DNA of 41,223 nucleotides from a virus. Lineage: Duplodnaviria; Caudoviricetes. The notes beneath the pieces were generated by a model. The model did no database searches, was not told the origin of the DNA, and saw nothing but the letters and a program-made list of their open reading frames with translations. This document shows, in pieces, positions 16,007 to 25,643 of this stretch (the stretch's first letter is position 1; the number at the start of each line of letters is the position of its first letter). The DNA lies in IMG/VR virus record IMGVR_UViG_3300023283_000110, positions 1 through 41,223 of that record, one strand, 5' to 3'. The translations under genes were made by a program, and so were the position numbers.

Positions 16007-16480
16007 TCACGTCAATTCCTTGACAATGTTCGCCTTACGGACAAAATCAGAAACCTTGCCCTTCCCCTGCGGCGTGTTGTAGACACGCTTCCAGTATTCC
16101 GCCATGTTCTCAATGTCGGCAGGCTGCGGCAACGGTTCAGGATCGCGGTAGTATTTGAGTCTGACCATCGCAGCCGAGTACCAGTGGTTGGCAATCATTT
16201 TATCCGGCGTCGGCGCAAAATCAGGCGCAATCAGCGTCAGAACGCGTTCGGCAAGCTCCGGCCTGTAATCAAGAAAATTCGTCCATATATCTTCATGTGT
16301 CGCAGGCTCAACCTGCCCAAGGCCTCTCGCGGGCCCCGAAGGCCGCTGTCTGACATACATCAGATCAGATTCAGTCGCCATCGTGTAAAGAACAAGACGG
16401 TCGGCGCTCCGGGATTGCATGCCAAGAAGAGAATTGACCGGCCTGATAACATGGCGGCAAAGATACTCAGGATTGATCAT
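16007..16480 (-). CDS. Endolysin, lysozyme/transglycosylase-like (alternative start 16504)
   Basis: TMATES...GPARGLGQVEPATH...AEYWKRVYNTPQGKG. Confidence 0.75.
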   Translation of the reverse strand: MINPEYLCRHVIRPVNSLLGMQSRSADRLVLYTMATESDLMYVRQRPSGPARGLGQVEPATHEDIWTNFLDYRPELAERVLTLIAPDFAPTPDKMIANHWYSAAMVRLKYYRDPEPLPQPADIENMAEYWKRVYNTPQGKGKVSDFVRKANIVKELT

Positions 16481-16532
16481 TAGGAACCCACTCGTCCATT
16501 GCATTTCACTGACTTTATCCTGACCCGCCCCA

Positions 16533-16796
16533 TCAGCTTCTGTCCTGCTTGTTCTCGACCTTGCGCTCGATGCGCTCGCAAAGCCTTGAAAGATCATCGA
16601 TCTTGGTGTTGAGATTTGCAGTTTCCGTGTGCTGAACTGCCTGATTCTTCTGCTGCTCGTGTTGCTGCTGCTCAATAAGGTCAACGCGGGTGTGCAACCT
16701 CCGCCAGCCCCACGCAAGAACCGCACCCGCCCCGGCGACAAGCCAGTTAATGCCGCGGGCAGCCATTTCAGCGGCTTGGTAGAGAGGGTCAGACAT
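16533..16796 (-). CDS. Single-TM coiled-coil protein (holin/antiholin-like position)
   Basis: One TM helix followed by coiled coil, directly upstream of endolysin. Confidence 0.55.
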   Translation of the reverse strand: MSDPLYQAAEMAARGINWLVAGAGAVLAWGWRRLHTRVDLIEQQQHEQQKNQAVQHTETANLNTKIDDLSRLCERIERKVENKQDRS

Positions 16797-16842
16797 TACC
16801 TTTGCTTTCTTTCATCAGAGCCTACCACAGCTTAAAGCAATA

Positions 16843-17355
16843 TTAAAGCTGCAAGGCAACCTGCGTGGCCAGAGACAGAACAAAACCCGTTACAAGCTCC
16901 GCCGTCAGAGTGTTGTTGCGGAAAACCCGCCTTAAAAGACTATGCCGCGCCGCCCAGTACCACAGCCCTATAGACATGCCCGCCAAATGGACGAGGATTG
17001 CCGAGAGAGGGGGAGAAATGAACATGAGGATTATAGACACAGGCCAGACTAAAAAGAGCCCTCTCCAAGCCATATAGAAGGCTTCTTCCCTAACCGGGCC
17101 CTCTCTCGTGCCAATATCGAATATCTCACCCCACCCCGGCGTGATGCCAATGTAGGTTGCGGGTATTGCGGCAAGGCACAAACGCCAGTCACCCGTGTAA
17201 TACCAGTAGATGCCACCCTGAAGGGCCGCGTACTGAAAACGTCCCGCAAAAGTGCTCGGCAGTTTAAGCCAGCCGGGGATGCTGCCACCGCGGACGGCAA
17301 AAGACAGGCTGCCAAGAAGGGCTACAGCGGGTAAAAGCAGAAAGTCGATGTTCAA
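16843..17355 (-). CDS. Multi-pass membrane protein
   Basis: Several hydrophobic helices. Confidence 0.6.
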   Translation of the reverse strand: MNIDFLLLPAVALLGSLSFAVRGGSIPGWLKLPSTFAGRFQYAALQGGIYWYYTGDWRLCLAAIPATYIGITPGWGEIFDIGTREGPVREEAFYMAWRGLFLVWPVSIILMFISPPLSAILVHLAGMSIGLWYWAARHSLLRRVFRNNTLTAELVTGFVLSLATQVALQL

Positions 17356-17376
17356 GTCCTTATAACGGCGTTATCA

Positions 17377-19266
17377 TTATCCCAGCTTCCATATTCTGGC
17401 ATCCAGATATACTTCTTCCCAATCCGTAATCCCCGCGGGGCTGCCCCCGCCATTGGTATTGTTGGTGATCTCTACATGATTCTGGATTTCCAGAACTGAT
17501 TCTTGAGTTAACGTAAAACGCCCGGTCATGGAGCAATACCCCTGCTCTTCAGCTCCCGGGTCAGGATCCTCGGTATCAGACCCGGTTAACCCGCGGGGCG
17601 GAAGATTTGAACCGGCTGTTGTATCCCTTAATCTCAGGGATGCACTATTTACAATAAAGATCGTGACCCAGCATTCTATGTCGTAGGTCCCGGCAGGTAA
17701 TGTAATCTGGTTTGAACCGATAGACGCGCCCGAGATTTCATTGGTAAGTACCGTATTAACGTCCCGCTGATTCCACGTCGCCGAGGCCAGACCCTGACCA
17801 AATGTCCCGGAAGATTTCTGGTCCTGTACGTGCAGAAGCTGAAAAACGTCTTGTATCTCTTCAACTGTACGCTGAGAACTAAAGTTTCTAATACGTCTCA
17901 CATTCGAGTCGCTGTCGGTATCAACCTCGCCGATTTTCTTGGAAAATTCATAGTCGCTTGCGTCGCTGCTGAGAAGAACCTCGGCGTCATCCGTCGTATC
18001 AAACCCGAAATCAACAGCCTGAGTCTCGGCGTCCTTGATGATAAAGTAATTGTACAGTGTGTCCGGGGCCAGACCGCCTTTCTTGACGTTATCACCCCCG
18101 CCACCAATATCCGACGGAAAAGCGCTGTCAATCGTCATCGACGTGCCGCTGGCAATCGCCGTGATCTTGCGCGCGACACTCTCGGAGTCGCTAAACAGCA
18201 CGTCATCAACCTCAAACTCGTTGTCAAAATCCGTCCCCGAGCCTGTAACGTCAGTCCCCGACGTCGTGAACGTCCCGGTCATGGTCTTGATGGCCATGCC
18301 GCCCTGACCGTCACCCTCAGCCCACGAATCATCAATCTTCTTGGTGAAAGCTGTCCCTGTCACCGCATAATCTTTGCTGCCACCCGCGTTTGTAACCGCA
18401 GCCGTCCCTTTTTGAGCGTCGATATCGTGATTTGAGTCAGTGGCGTTTATGGTCAGGTTTAAACCTCCGACAAACTCGTCAAGAATAACCTCGCTGGTCT
18501 GCGGATTGATGACGACGTATGCATCCTCAGTCGCGTCATAGGTCATCAGCACAGGCCGTTCCGCCAGTATATCACCGGTCCCGACGTTCTCGTTATTGCC
18601 TTTCTTGAGATCCTTCGCCCCCGTGTCATCCCAGTTAACCGTCGCCGCCCCCTCATTGTCAGTCTGCGGGTAAAAGATGAACAGAGGGCCTTCTTGAAGA
18701 GCCGAAACCCGGTAGCCCGGACTCGTCACGATATAATCATCATCCGAAGCCTCATCGGTCCCGAAAATAACCTGCGGGGCTGATTGAACCACAACCCAGC
18801 CGTTTGTCCCGTCAGCAACAAGAAAAAGCGTCTGCTGGGGAGACAGCGTAAACGTCTCGTCTTCATCAACCGCATCCCCGTTCGTCGTCACAAGAATCTT
18901 CTCGGTCCCGTCCGCATCAATAGTCAGATCCGCATTACCAACGTTCTGAATGACAACAAAGAACCCGGCCTGCGCCGTCCCGGTCGGAAGCAACGTAACG
19001 TCAGAATCAGTGCGGATAACAGCCCCCTGATCCGACTCCTGAACCGTGTAGGGGCTGGACTGGGTGTTGATGCCGTTAAAAGCAATCGCGTCAAATGCAT
19101 CAGCTATGTTGGTGTTTACCGTCTCAATCGCCGTCTTGAGCGGATCAGGAAGCTTCGTCTTGATCGTCTCCCACTTAACCCTGTTGGCCTCGGTTTCCGA
19201 GCCGTCATCAGGCGGCGGCGAATTGTTGTAACCGGAGACTGTGACGCTATCATAAGGATTTGACAT
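17377..19266 (-). CDS. Tail fibre protein
   Basis: Gly/Thr/Asp-rich modular protein after the ejection genes; KKIDDSWAEGDGQGG, TTSGTDVTGSGTDF and QITLPAGTYDI motifs typical of fibres. Confidence 0.75.
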   Translation of the reverse strand: MSNPYDSVTVSGYNNSPPPDDGSETEANRVKWETIKTKLPDPLKTAIETVNTNIADAFDAIAFNGINTQSSPYTVQESDQGAVIRTDSDVTLLPTGTAQAGFFVVIQNVGNADLTIDADGTEKILVTTNGDAVDEDETFTLSPQQTLFLVADGTNGWVVVQSAPQVIFGTDEASDDDYIVTSPGYRVSALQEGPLFIFYPQTDNEGAATVNWDDTGAKDLKKGNNENVGTGDILAERPVLMTYDATEDAYVVINPQTSEVILDEFVGGLNLTINATDSNHDIDAQKGTAAVTNAGGSKDYAVTGTAFTKKIDDSWAEGDGQGGMAIKTMTGTFTTSGTDVTGSGTDFDNEFEVDDVLFSDSESVARKITAIASGTSMTIDSAFPSDIGGGGDNVKKGGLAPDTLYNYFIIKDAETQAVDFGFDTTDDAEVLLSSDASDYEFSKKIGEVDTDSDSNVRRIRNFSSQRTVEEIQDVFQLLHVQDQKSSGTFGQGLASATWNQRDVNTVLTNEISGASIGSNQITLPAGTYDIECWVTIFIVNSASLRLRDTTAGSNLPPRGLTGSDTEDPDPGAEEQGYCSMTGRFTLTQESVLEIQNHVEITNNTNGGGSPAGITDWEEVYLDARIWKLG

Positions 19267-22200
19267 TATTCGGACCTTCTTTCTGCTGGAATTGCGATGC
19301 CCTCACGGCGCAGGACCGGCTCGGGGACACCCTGTAGAAGCTGTAAGAATAACTCATTTCGCTGCTTAAGTAAATTATCCATCCGCTCGCGTTTTTGTTC
19401 AGCTGATAAGTCTTCATCGTTTGAAATAAGCTCAATGGCACGGCTTATCTTGCCGCTTTGCTGAGAGCCATCCCGCAAAAACTTCCGCAAACTTAAAAGC
19501 TCAAGCTCTTCATCACTGACATCCGGTCTGCGGGCCTCGTTTTTCATTTTCCTGACAGTCGAGGCAACTTCCTCGGATGCTGCTCTTAGCTCAAAAAAGT
19601 CGTTCATAAACTGGGTTGATGAAGCAGGGCTGCGCTCGGTAAAAACATCAAGGATCGGAAATTCGCTTACAGGCGTTGCTGGCCTTTCCCCACGTTCTGC
19701 TTCGTCACGGGCAAGCATATCCAGCCCCCACAAAACATGTGAGGCTATTGATCCGAAATAACCACGGGTAAGAAATTCAGCTTTTTTGGGGCTCACCTCA
19801 ACCCCGAGATTATCACTCAAGATCTGAGAGAGCTCGACCGCCGTGTCACTTGTAAAGGCATCAAACTGCTCTGAAGGCCGGACATTCTCAAGGTCTCTGG
19901 GAATAACCGGGGCGCCGGTGAAGAAAGATTCGTTTGCAATCTCGGTCTCGACCAGTGGCCTGACTGCCTGCGGTATGGGGTTAACTGATAACATGTCATT
20001 CGCAACCTTCATAACCCGGTCAGCAAATTCCGGGCCGTTCTGATCCGCGGCCGCATTCATCATGATCTCCGGCATAGTGGCAAATACTGCTCCGGTCTCA
20101 AAGCCTTTCGGGATCATAAACGGCTGATCCCGGTCTACATCAAATGTGTCGGCAACCTGATCCGGCAAAAATAAAACCCAGTGCTGATCCTTGACCCAGT
20201 CAGGTAATGCCTGATAACGCGGATCCTTGCGGTTCTGGGAGTGAAGCGCCAGACTCGGAATGGTCAAGGCTGTCAGGCCCTTAATTGCTGTCCGTGACGG
20301 ATTCTCGCGCGCCGCGCGGTAGATACGGTTAAGACCCTGCATACGCGCATTGAGGAAAGGAATGGACTGAGTGAAAAATTTCAGTGTCTCGCTACTGCCG
20401 CGGAGTGAAAAGTCGGTTGAAATCTCCCGCGCCGCAAAGGCTGCATCGCGTGCCGTCTCCCCAGCATTTAAAGCATTACGAAACTCGCCGAGACGTGATG
20501 ACATCTCGAAAGATGAGGAAAGTTTCTCCGCAAATTCAGAGAGCCGTCTTGGAGAGTCCAGAACATTACCGGGATTCAGGCCCGCATCTTTATAAATCCT
20601 CTGAAGATTCGTTCCGGTCTGGACCTCACCAGCATATGTTGTCGCAAATCCGCCACCGTTGCGCATGAGATTCCAATAATTCTCGTCCTCACGCACACGG
20701 GTATTTAAACCACGGATCGTATCAACAACAGGCGTAAATCTGAAATCAGACTGAATAAAAGCCTGCTCAGTATCCTTAACTGCATTTCTTATCATAAAAT
20801 CAGGCGTTATCGACACGCCTTTTCTTAAAACATTTGCAGGCAGACTGAATATTTGAGTCGCAAAACCCAATGAACGTGGCGAGAAAGACTGCATGGCCTT
20901 ACGGAAAACCGGGTCATTTATCTCAAAAGCAACACGCTCGCCATTCCTGAAAACAAAGTCTACGTTCTCGGACGCCTCCCGGTTGAAGCTCAAAACCCCC
21001 GTCAACTCTTCATCAAGATCAATGCCTGACTTTGCGGCCGCCTCTTTGACCTTGTCATCAAGAACCTTGGCAAATTCAAATTTCCCTTTTGGAGCGCGTT
21101 TTGCAATATCATCAAAACCAAATTCCTCGATCATATTGTAAACATTGTTCTTTGCCTGATTTCTCAATGTGATGTCAGTCCACAAAAGTGTATTGCGGAC
21201 AATGTTTTCCTCTATCTCATTAAGCGCCGTATCCGATCCTTTGAGCCGCCTGAGGGGCGATCCGGTTGACAGCTTTCCAAGTGTAACACCTTCACCGTCG
21301 ACCGCTGCCCGGTAGAATGGAACGAAGCTGTTCCCAAGATCTGTAAATTTTTGTTTTTGGCTGGCACTTATCACGCCACCTTGCTCGGCAAAATCAAGCA
21401 TCCGCTGATTAAAGGACTGAAATTCGTCAAAGACCTCCCGAAATTCCGGGTTAGCCTTCTCAAGATTCACCATGGCATCGATTTCAACATCACTGAAAAG
21501 CTCTTCACGCCCCTGATTCTTCAACTCCCGCGCGCGGCGGCCTGCAAAGTAAAGCATCGCTTCATTTTTCTTCCCCGTCAGTGGTGAGAAAATCTCGTTC
21601 AGCCCTTTACCGCTAACGCCAACGCTTCCGTCGTCGTTAAACTTGACTGTCCCCCGCTTGAGAACGTGCTCAAAAACCCCTCTGGACCCGGCAACAAGCC
21701 GCATGTCTCTGTAAGGAGTAAGATCGGCCGGGATTCCTTGCCGTTGCGCACCACGCTCTGCCAAATTCCTGATGGGCCGGAGCCGGTCAAAAATAGACGC
21801 TGTCGCACGCTCTTGAAAAGAAAACGACTCAAGATCTGCGCTTTCAGTGAGTGCCCGCGGGCTTTCCTTGCCAATCTTGGACCTTGCAAGCTGCAAAGCC
21901 TCGTCGTCACTGGCCGGTGCGACGTTGTCGAAATTCCTCTTTGCCTGCTGCCGGAATCTTGATTTTGTCTCCGCCAGGATATTACTTCTTTTGGCGAAAT
22001 CATTAATGACCTTTTCAGCTTCGCGGCGTGCTGTTTGCGCGCTTAGAAGGGGTGATGTTCCTGTTACGATCCCGGCTGTATCAACCAGAGTCCGGAGATC
22101 CTGTTTGAGACTTGCTGCGCTTGACGGAGACTCACCAAACTCTATTGCTGTTTGTTCTGCCGCATCAAACGCGCCTTCAAAGGGAGCCAGCATAAAGCGG

Positions 22201-22850
22201 CTGACTAAGTCCAGTCCTGAAACACCGCTACCAATGACAGCCTCATTTAAGGTTCTTGATATACTAAAGTCTGAGGCGTCCTGCCGGAAAACACCGCTCT
22301 CCCGAAGCTGGTTTTTAAACTCCCGGGACAAACCAAACCCTTGAAAAGTCTCTCCCCCTGCTAATGCATCAAGCGCACCTTCACCAAAAGCCTGACCAAT
22401 ATTGATGATGGATTGACCGGCCTGACCAACAGCATCGAGGGTTGATTGACCAGCCTGACCGACAGCATCAAACGTTGAGGCATCACTAAATGCGTCTACC
22501 GTGCCATCAATAAAAGATGAAAAAGGATTATCGTCTGAGACACTTTCAGCGCCGTCCTCTTCAACCAGCTCAAAGCCGTCGGGAATACCACGTTGCGTGT
22601 CCGGGGGAGAAAGAGTGAAAGGCCCTGTTCCGAATGGATCCGGGGCCGCACCCGTTGCCTGACCTTGCTCACCGGGTGATACCAGTTCAAAACCTTCGGG
22701 CACCGTATTCTGCTGGTCCGTGGCAGCATCCGTGTCTGCCACTGTGCCAGCTTCCTGACCGCTCTCCTCTTGAGGGACCAGTTCAAAACCTTCGGGGATG
22801 CCGCTTTCTTGATTTTCCGGCTGACGGTTCCCGGGGTTAATATTAGACAT
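19266..22850 (-). CDS. Large internal virion/DNA ejection protein with LPD38-like C-terminal domain
   Basis: 1194 aa; AREISTDFS..G, IPFLNARMQGL, LPDWVKDQHWV, IPKGFETG, NESFFTGAPVIP. Confidence 0.75.
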   Translation of the reverse strand: MSNINPGNRQPENQESGIPEGFELVPQEESGQEAGTVADTDAATDQQNTVPEGFELVSPGEQGQATGAAPDPFGTGPFTLSPPDTQRGIPDGFELVEEDGAESVSDDNPFSSFIDGTVDAFSDASTFDAVGQAGQSTLDAVGQAGQSIINIGQAFGEGALDALAGGETFQGFGLSREFKNQLRESGVFRQDASDFSISRTLNEAVIGSGVSGLDLVSRFMLAPFEGAFDAAEQTAIEFGESPSSAASLKQDLRTLVDTAGIVTGTSPLLSAQTARREAEKVINDFAKRSNILAETKSRFRQQAKRNFDNVAPASDDEALQLARSKIGKESPRALTESADLESFSFQERATASIFDRLRPIRNLAERGAQRQGIPADLTPYRDMRLVAGSRGVFEHVLKRGTVKFNDDGSVGVSGKGLNEIFSPLTGKKNEAMLYFAGRRARELKNQGREELFSDVEIDAMVNLEKANPEFREVFDEFQSFNQRMLDFAEQGGVISASQKQKFTDLGNSFVPFYRAAVDGEGVTLGKLSTGSPLRRLKGSDTALNEIEENIVRNTLLWTDITLRNQAKNNVYNMIEEFGFDDIAKRAPKGKFEFAKVLDDKVKEAAAKSGIDLDEELTGVLSFNREASENVDFVFRNGERVAFEINDPVFRKAMQSFSPRSLGFATQIFSLPANVLRKGVSITPDFMIRNAVKDTEQAFIQSDFRFTPVVDTIRGLNTRVREDENYWNLMRNGGGFATTYAGEVQTGTNLQRIYKDAGLNPGNVLDSPRRLSEFAEKLSSSFEMSSRLGEFRNALNAGETARDAAFAAREISTDFSLRGSSETLKFFTQSIPFLNARMQGLNRIYRAARENPSRTAIKGLTALTIPSLALHSQNRKDPRYQALPDWVKDQHWVLFLPDQVADTFDVDRDQPFMIPKGFETGAVFATMPEIMMNAAADQNGPEFADRVMKVANDMLSVNPIPQAVRPLVETEIANESFFTGAPVIPRDLENVRPSEQFDAFTSDTAVELSQILSDNLGVEVSPKKAEFLTRGYFGSIASHVLWGLDMLARDEAERGERPATPVSEFPILDVFTERSPASSTQFMNDFFELRAASEEVASTVRKMKNEARRPDVSDEELELLSLRKFLRDGSQQSGKISRAIELISNDEDLSAEQKRERMDNLLKQRNELFLQLLQGVPEPVLRREGIAIPAERRSE

Positions 22851-23947
22851 CAGTTATTGGCCCTGAGCCTGACACGTTGACCGTTCGGCAATATAAACTC
22901 GGGCACGCCCTCGTTGTTTACCCCGGCAAACTGTGAGCCTGACGGAAGCCTGCCAATTACTTCACGGGAAATGCCCTGACTCCCTGCCTCCGAAGCGCCC
23001 TGATTGGCCGGGCCTGACGCACCCTGATTACTTGATGTTCCATCAGGCAACGTCGCGGATTGCGGAAGTTCGACACCGAAATTTCTCGCAGATCTTGCAA
23101 CAGCATCCGCAGTTGAGTTTGAAGATCCGCTCTGGATAAGACGTTCAGCCTGTCTTGCAATAGAAAGTACCTGTTTTCGGTCTTCGGCGTTATCGATTGA
23201 AATTTGGCCGGTCACTGGATTAACAAATCCCTCAAAAAGCTGGGCAGTGGTTTTGAGAATTGTGCTACTGACCTCGTTTTTAACCTCACCAGTCTCGGAA
23301 AGAAGATCCGAACGGGATCCCGAGACTGACTCAAGATCAATTTCTCCTGTTGACTGATTGCGTTGGGCAAAAACGCCCGTCGGTATACCACGTTCTGCTT
23401 TTTCGGAAGGCGTCAAAGGCTGAAATTGCACGCCGGGCTGTTCAATACCAGCCGTCGCCTGTGCTTGCTCGGGCGCAACCCCGCCCTGCGTCAGCTGGTT
23501 TACTTCGGCAATTCGCTCTGTCGCCTGCTGGCGGCCCGCCAGCTGCCCTTCGAATTGACTGGTTTCTGCGAGCCCCGGCCCAGTGGAGACCTCCCGAATC
23601 CGGGCCGCAAAAGGCTCAGGATTAAAGCCGACGGATTGAGCTCCCGCAGCGACGGCTCTCTCGACGGTTTGCGACAGGCCTTTCAGCCCTGCTTCTGCTT
23701 GCTGAATCGCTTGTTGGGAAGCACCCGGTTTTGATCTTGCGATCTCTAAATTCTGTTTTGCCTCCCCAAGCGTCTTAACAGATTGCTCAAAAAGCTGGTT
23801 GAATCTTTCAGTATCAAATTGCTCTTCAGCCAGATCAACCTGCCGCTCTTGCTGATTAACCCGTTGCTGTTGCTGACCAACACGCTGGGATCTCAGAAAT
23901 GCATCAGCAAAAGCACCAGCTGCCAGTCCCTGACCAATATCAGACAT
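22850..23947 (-). CDS. Internal virion/ejection protein
   Basis: Gln/Ala/Gly-rich helical protein between two other ejection-type genes. Confidence 0.6.
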   Translation of the reverse strand: MSDIGQGLAAGAFADAFLRSQRVGQQQQRVNQQERQVDLAEEQFDTERFNQLFEQSVKTLGEAKQNLEIARSKPGASQQAIQQAEAGLKGLSQTVERAVAAGAQSVGFNPEPFAARIREVSTGPGLAETSQFEGQLAGRQQATERIAEVNQLTQGGVAPEQAQATAGIEQPGVQFQPLTPSEKAERGIPTGVFAQRNQSTGEIDLESVSGSRSDLLSETGEVKNEVSSTILKTTAQLFEGFVNPVTGQISIDNAEDRKQVLSIARQAERLIQSGSSNSTADAVARSARNFGVELPQSATLPDGTSSNQGASGPANQGASEAGSQGISREVIGRLPSGSQFAGVNNEGVPEFILPNGQRVRLRANN

Positions 23948-25089
23948 TAGTTAACCTCCTTAATCTCAATGGGCAGCTTGCTGTAATCAATGAACGCAAT
24001 GTTGTTTCTGACGTGGACCGCATCAGGAACCATCCTGAAGATATCTTCCGCCATGACGCCCTGATAACGGCGCGGACTGTCAACGTAAGCCCACTCATAA
24101 ACCGGAATGGCACCACTGTCATCAACGAGCCTTACATTTTCCTTCACCTTCCAGTCACTTGCCGCAAGAGCGGCTAATTCAGGGAACAGGAGAGCGCTTG
24201 TTTCCGCGGCAGCAAATGCCGATCCTGCTCCCGCGCCGCCAGCAAGACCCAGACCGGTGGCAAGCTCACCACCAAGCCCGGATAAGCTGGGACCTAGCAG
24301 CTGCCCTCCGATAGTACCTAAAAGACCTCCGCCGCCGGCCGCGCTCTCCGCAGCAGCCTGAAACTGACGCTGGGCTATACCTCCCAAAGCCCTTTGAACA
24401 TCACTGACAAGGCCTGATCCCAGTTGTGCAATGAAGTTAAGTTCATCAAGCTGAACACCAGTTGCTGCCCTGTTAAGAGACTCTGCATTATTCAAAAGCT
24501 GCAAGGCACTTTGAGCCTGCGCTGTCTCTGTCTGAAAACGCTGGTTGATAAGATTGCGGGTAATATCCAGTTCCTGAAGGAATGACTGAGCGTTAGACTG
24601 GGCCTGCTGCCCACTTAATTCGTCAATACTCTGCTGGAACGCCGATTCCTGACGGGCCTGCGCATCAGAAGCAAAGCTAGACCCCGCGATCCGCCTGCGG
24701 GCCAGATTCTCTCGCAAATCACCCGTTTCGGCCTCGCGGCGCTGCTCAAGGCGGGTAAGGGCATCCTCGAAGACACGGTTTCTCGCTTCCGTCAGTCTGC
24801 CAAAACCCGGCTCCACTTGTGGTAATAACTCGTTGTTTATCGCATTCAGCTGCTGATCAAAGGCCGATTCAAACAAAGGCGCAATGCGGTTGGAAACGAT
24901 ACCCGACTGATTCCGAAAAGACTGGCTTAGCTGATCAACAAGCGCCTGCCGCTCAGGCGTCGAGGTGATATTAACGTTTCCGCGTGTTCCGGGCCCAAGA
25001 CGGCCGCGCAGACCACCGAAGTTAAAAGGCTGAAAAACATCCCTGCCACCAGGAGGCTCAGGAGCACCACCGCCGAATAAACCACCCAT
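23947..25089 (-). CDS. Ejection protein with C-terminal peptidase S74-like domain
   Basis: MGGLFGGG start, Gly/Ala hydrophobic stretch, SDWKVKENV...VYEWAY...GVMAEDI...PDAV. Confidence 0.7.
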   Translation of the reverse strand: MGGLFGGGAPEPPGGRDVFQPFNFGGLRGRLGPGTRGNVNITSTPERQALVDQLSQSFRNQSGIVSNRIAPLFESAFDQQLNAINNELLPQVEPGFGRLTEARNRVFEDALTRLEQRREAETGDLRENLARRRIAGSSFASDAQARQESAFQQSIDELSGQQAQSNAQSFLQELDITRNLINQRFQTETAQAQSALQLLNNAESLNRAATGVQLDELNFIAQLGSGLVSDVQRALGGIAQRQFQAAAESAAGGGGLLGTIGGQLLGPSLSGLGGELATGLGLAGGAGAGSAFAAAETSALLFPELAALAASDWKVKENVRLVDDSGAIPVYEWAYVDSPRRYQGVMAEDIFRMVPDAVHVRNNIAFIDYSKLPIEIKEVN

Positions 25090-25643
25090 TACAGCTTCCC
25101 TCGCGATTCAAATAAAAGTTTCTTGCGGCCCATAGCTTCATGGCTTGTACCGATCCGCTTTATAATACCATGTCTTTCGATATGTGTAAAAAAGCTTTTC
25201 GTATCTTCATCGACAATAATCATCATCGGCACCTTCTTCCGCAGTTTATCAATAAACTTGACCGCCGCCTCGATTTTGTTGCGCGTCGTCGCCCACTCAA
25301 ACCATATAACGTGAGGCTCGATATAGCCATAGCGCTGGTTGAGGAACACACCTACAAGACCCACAGGCCGGTCGTCCATTTCAAGCATGTAAGCCTCATC
25401 AAGCGTCTCGATCTGTTTGTCAACAATTTCATTAAAATCTTCAATTTCCAGCCCGGCCGGGAACGTCTTTTCAGGAAAACTGCCCTTCACGTAAGCCGCC
25501 CACAGCCAACGCCTGTCATCCGCAGCAAGAGGCCGCGATACAGGCTTGCGCTTTAATGTCCTCTTGAGCTTTGGCTTGACTTTCGTTTGCGTTTTTGCCT
25601 GTTTCTTCGCTTGCTTGCCGGTCTTAGGGCTGCGTTGCGGCAT
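25089..25643 (-). CDS. GNAT-like virion assembly protein (T7 gp13/P22 gp14 position)
   Basis: DDRPVGLVGV...IEPHVIWF; lies between nozzle and ejection genes. Confidence 0.5.
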   Translation of the reverse strand: MPQRSPKTGKQAKKQAKTQTKVKPKLKRTLKRKPVSRPLAADDRRWLWAAYVKGSFPEKTFPAGLEIEDFNEIVDKQIETLDEAYMLEMDDRPVGLVGVFLNQRYGYIEPHVIWFEWATTRNKIEAAVKFIDKLRKKVPMMIIVDEDTKSFFTHIERHGIIKRIGTSHEAMGRKKLLFESRGKL

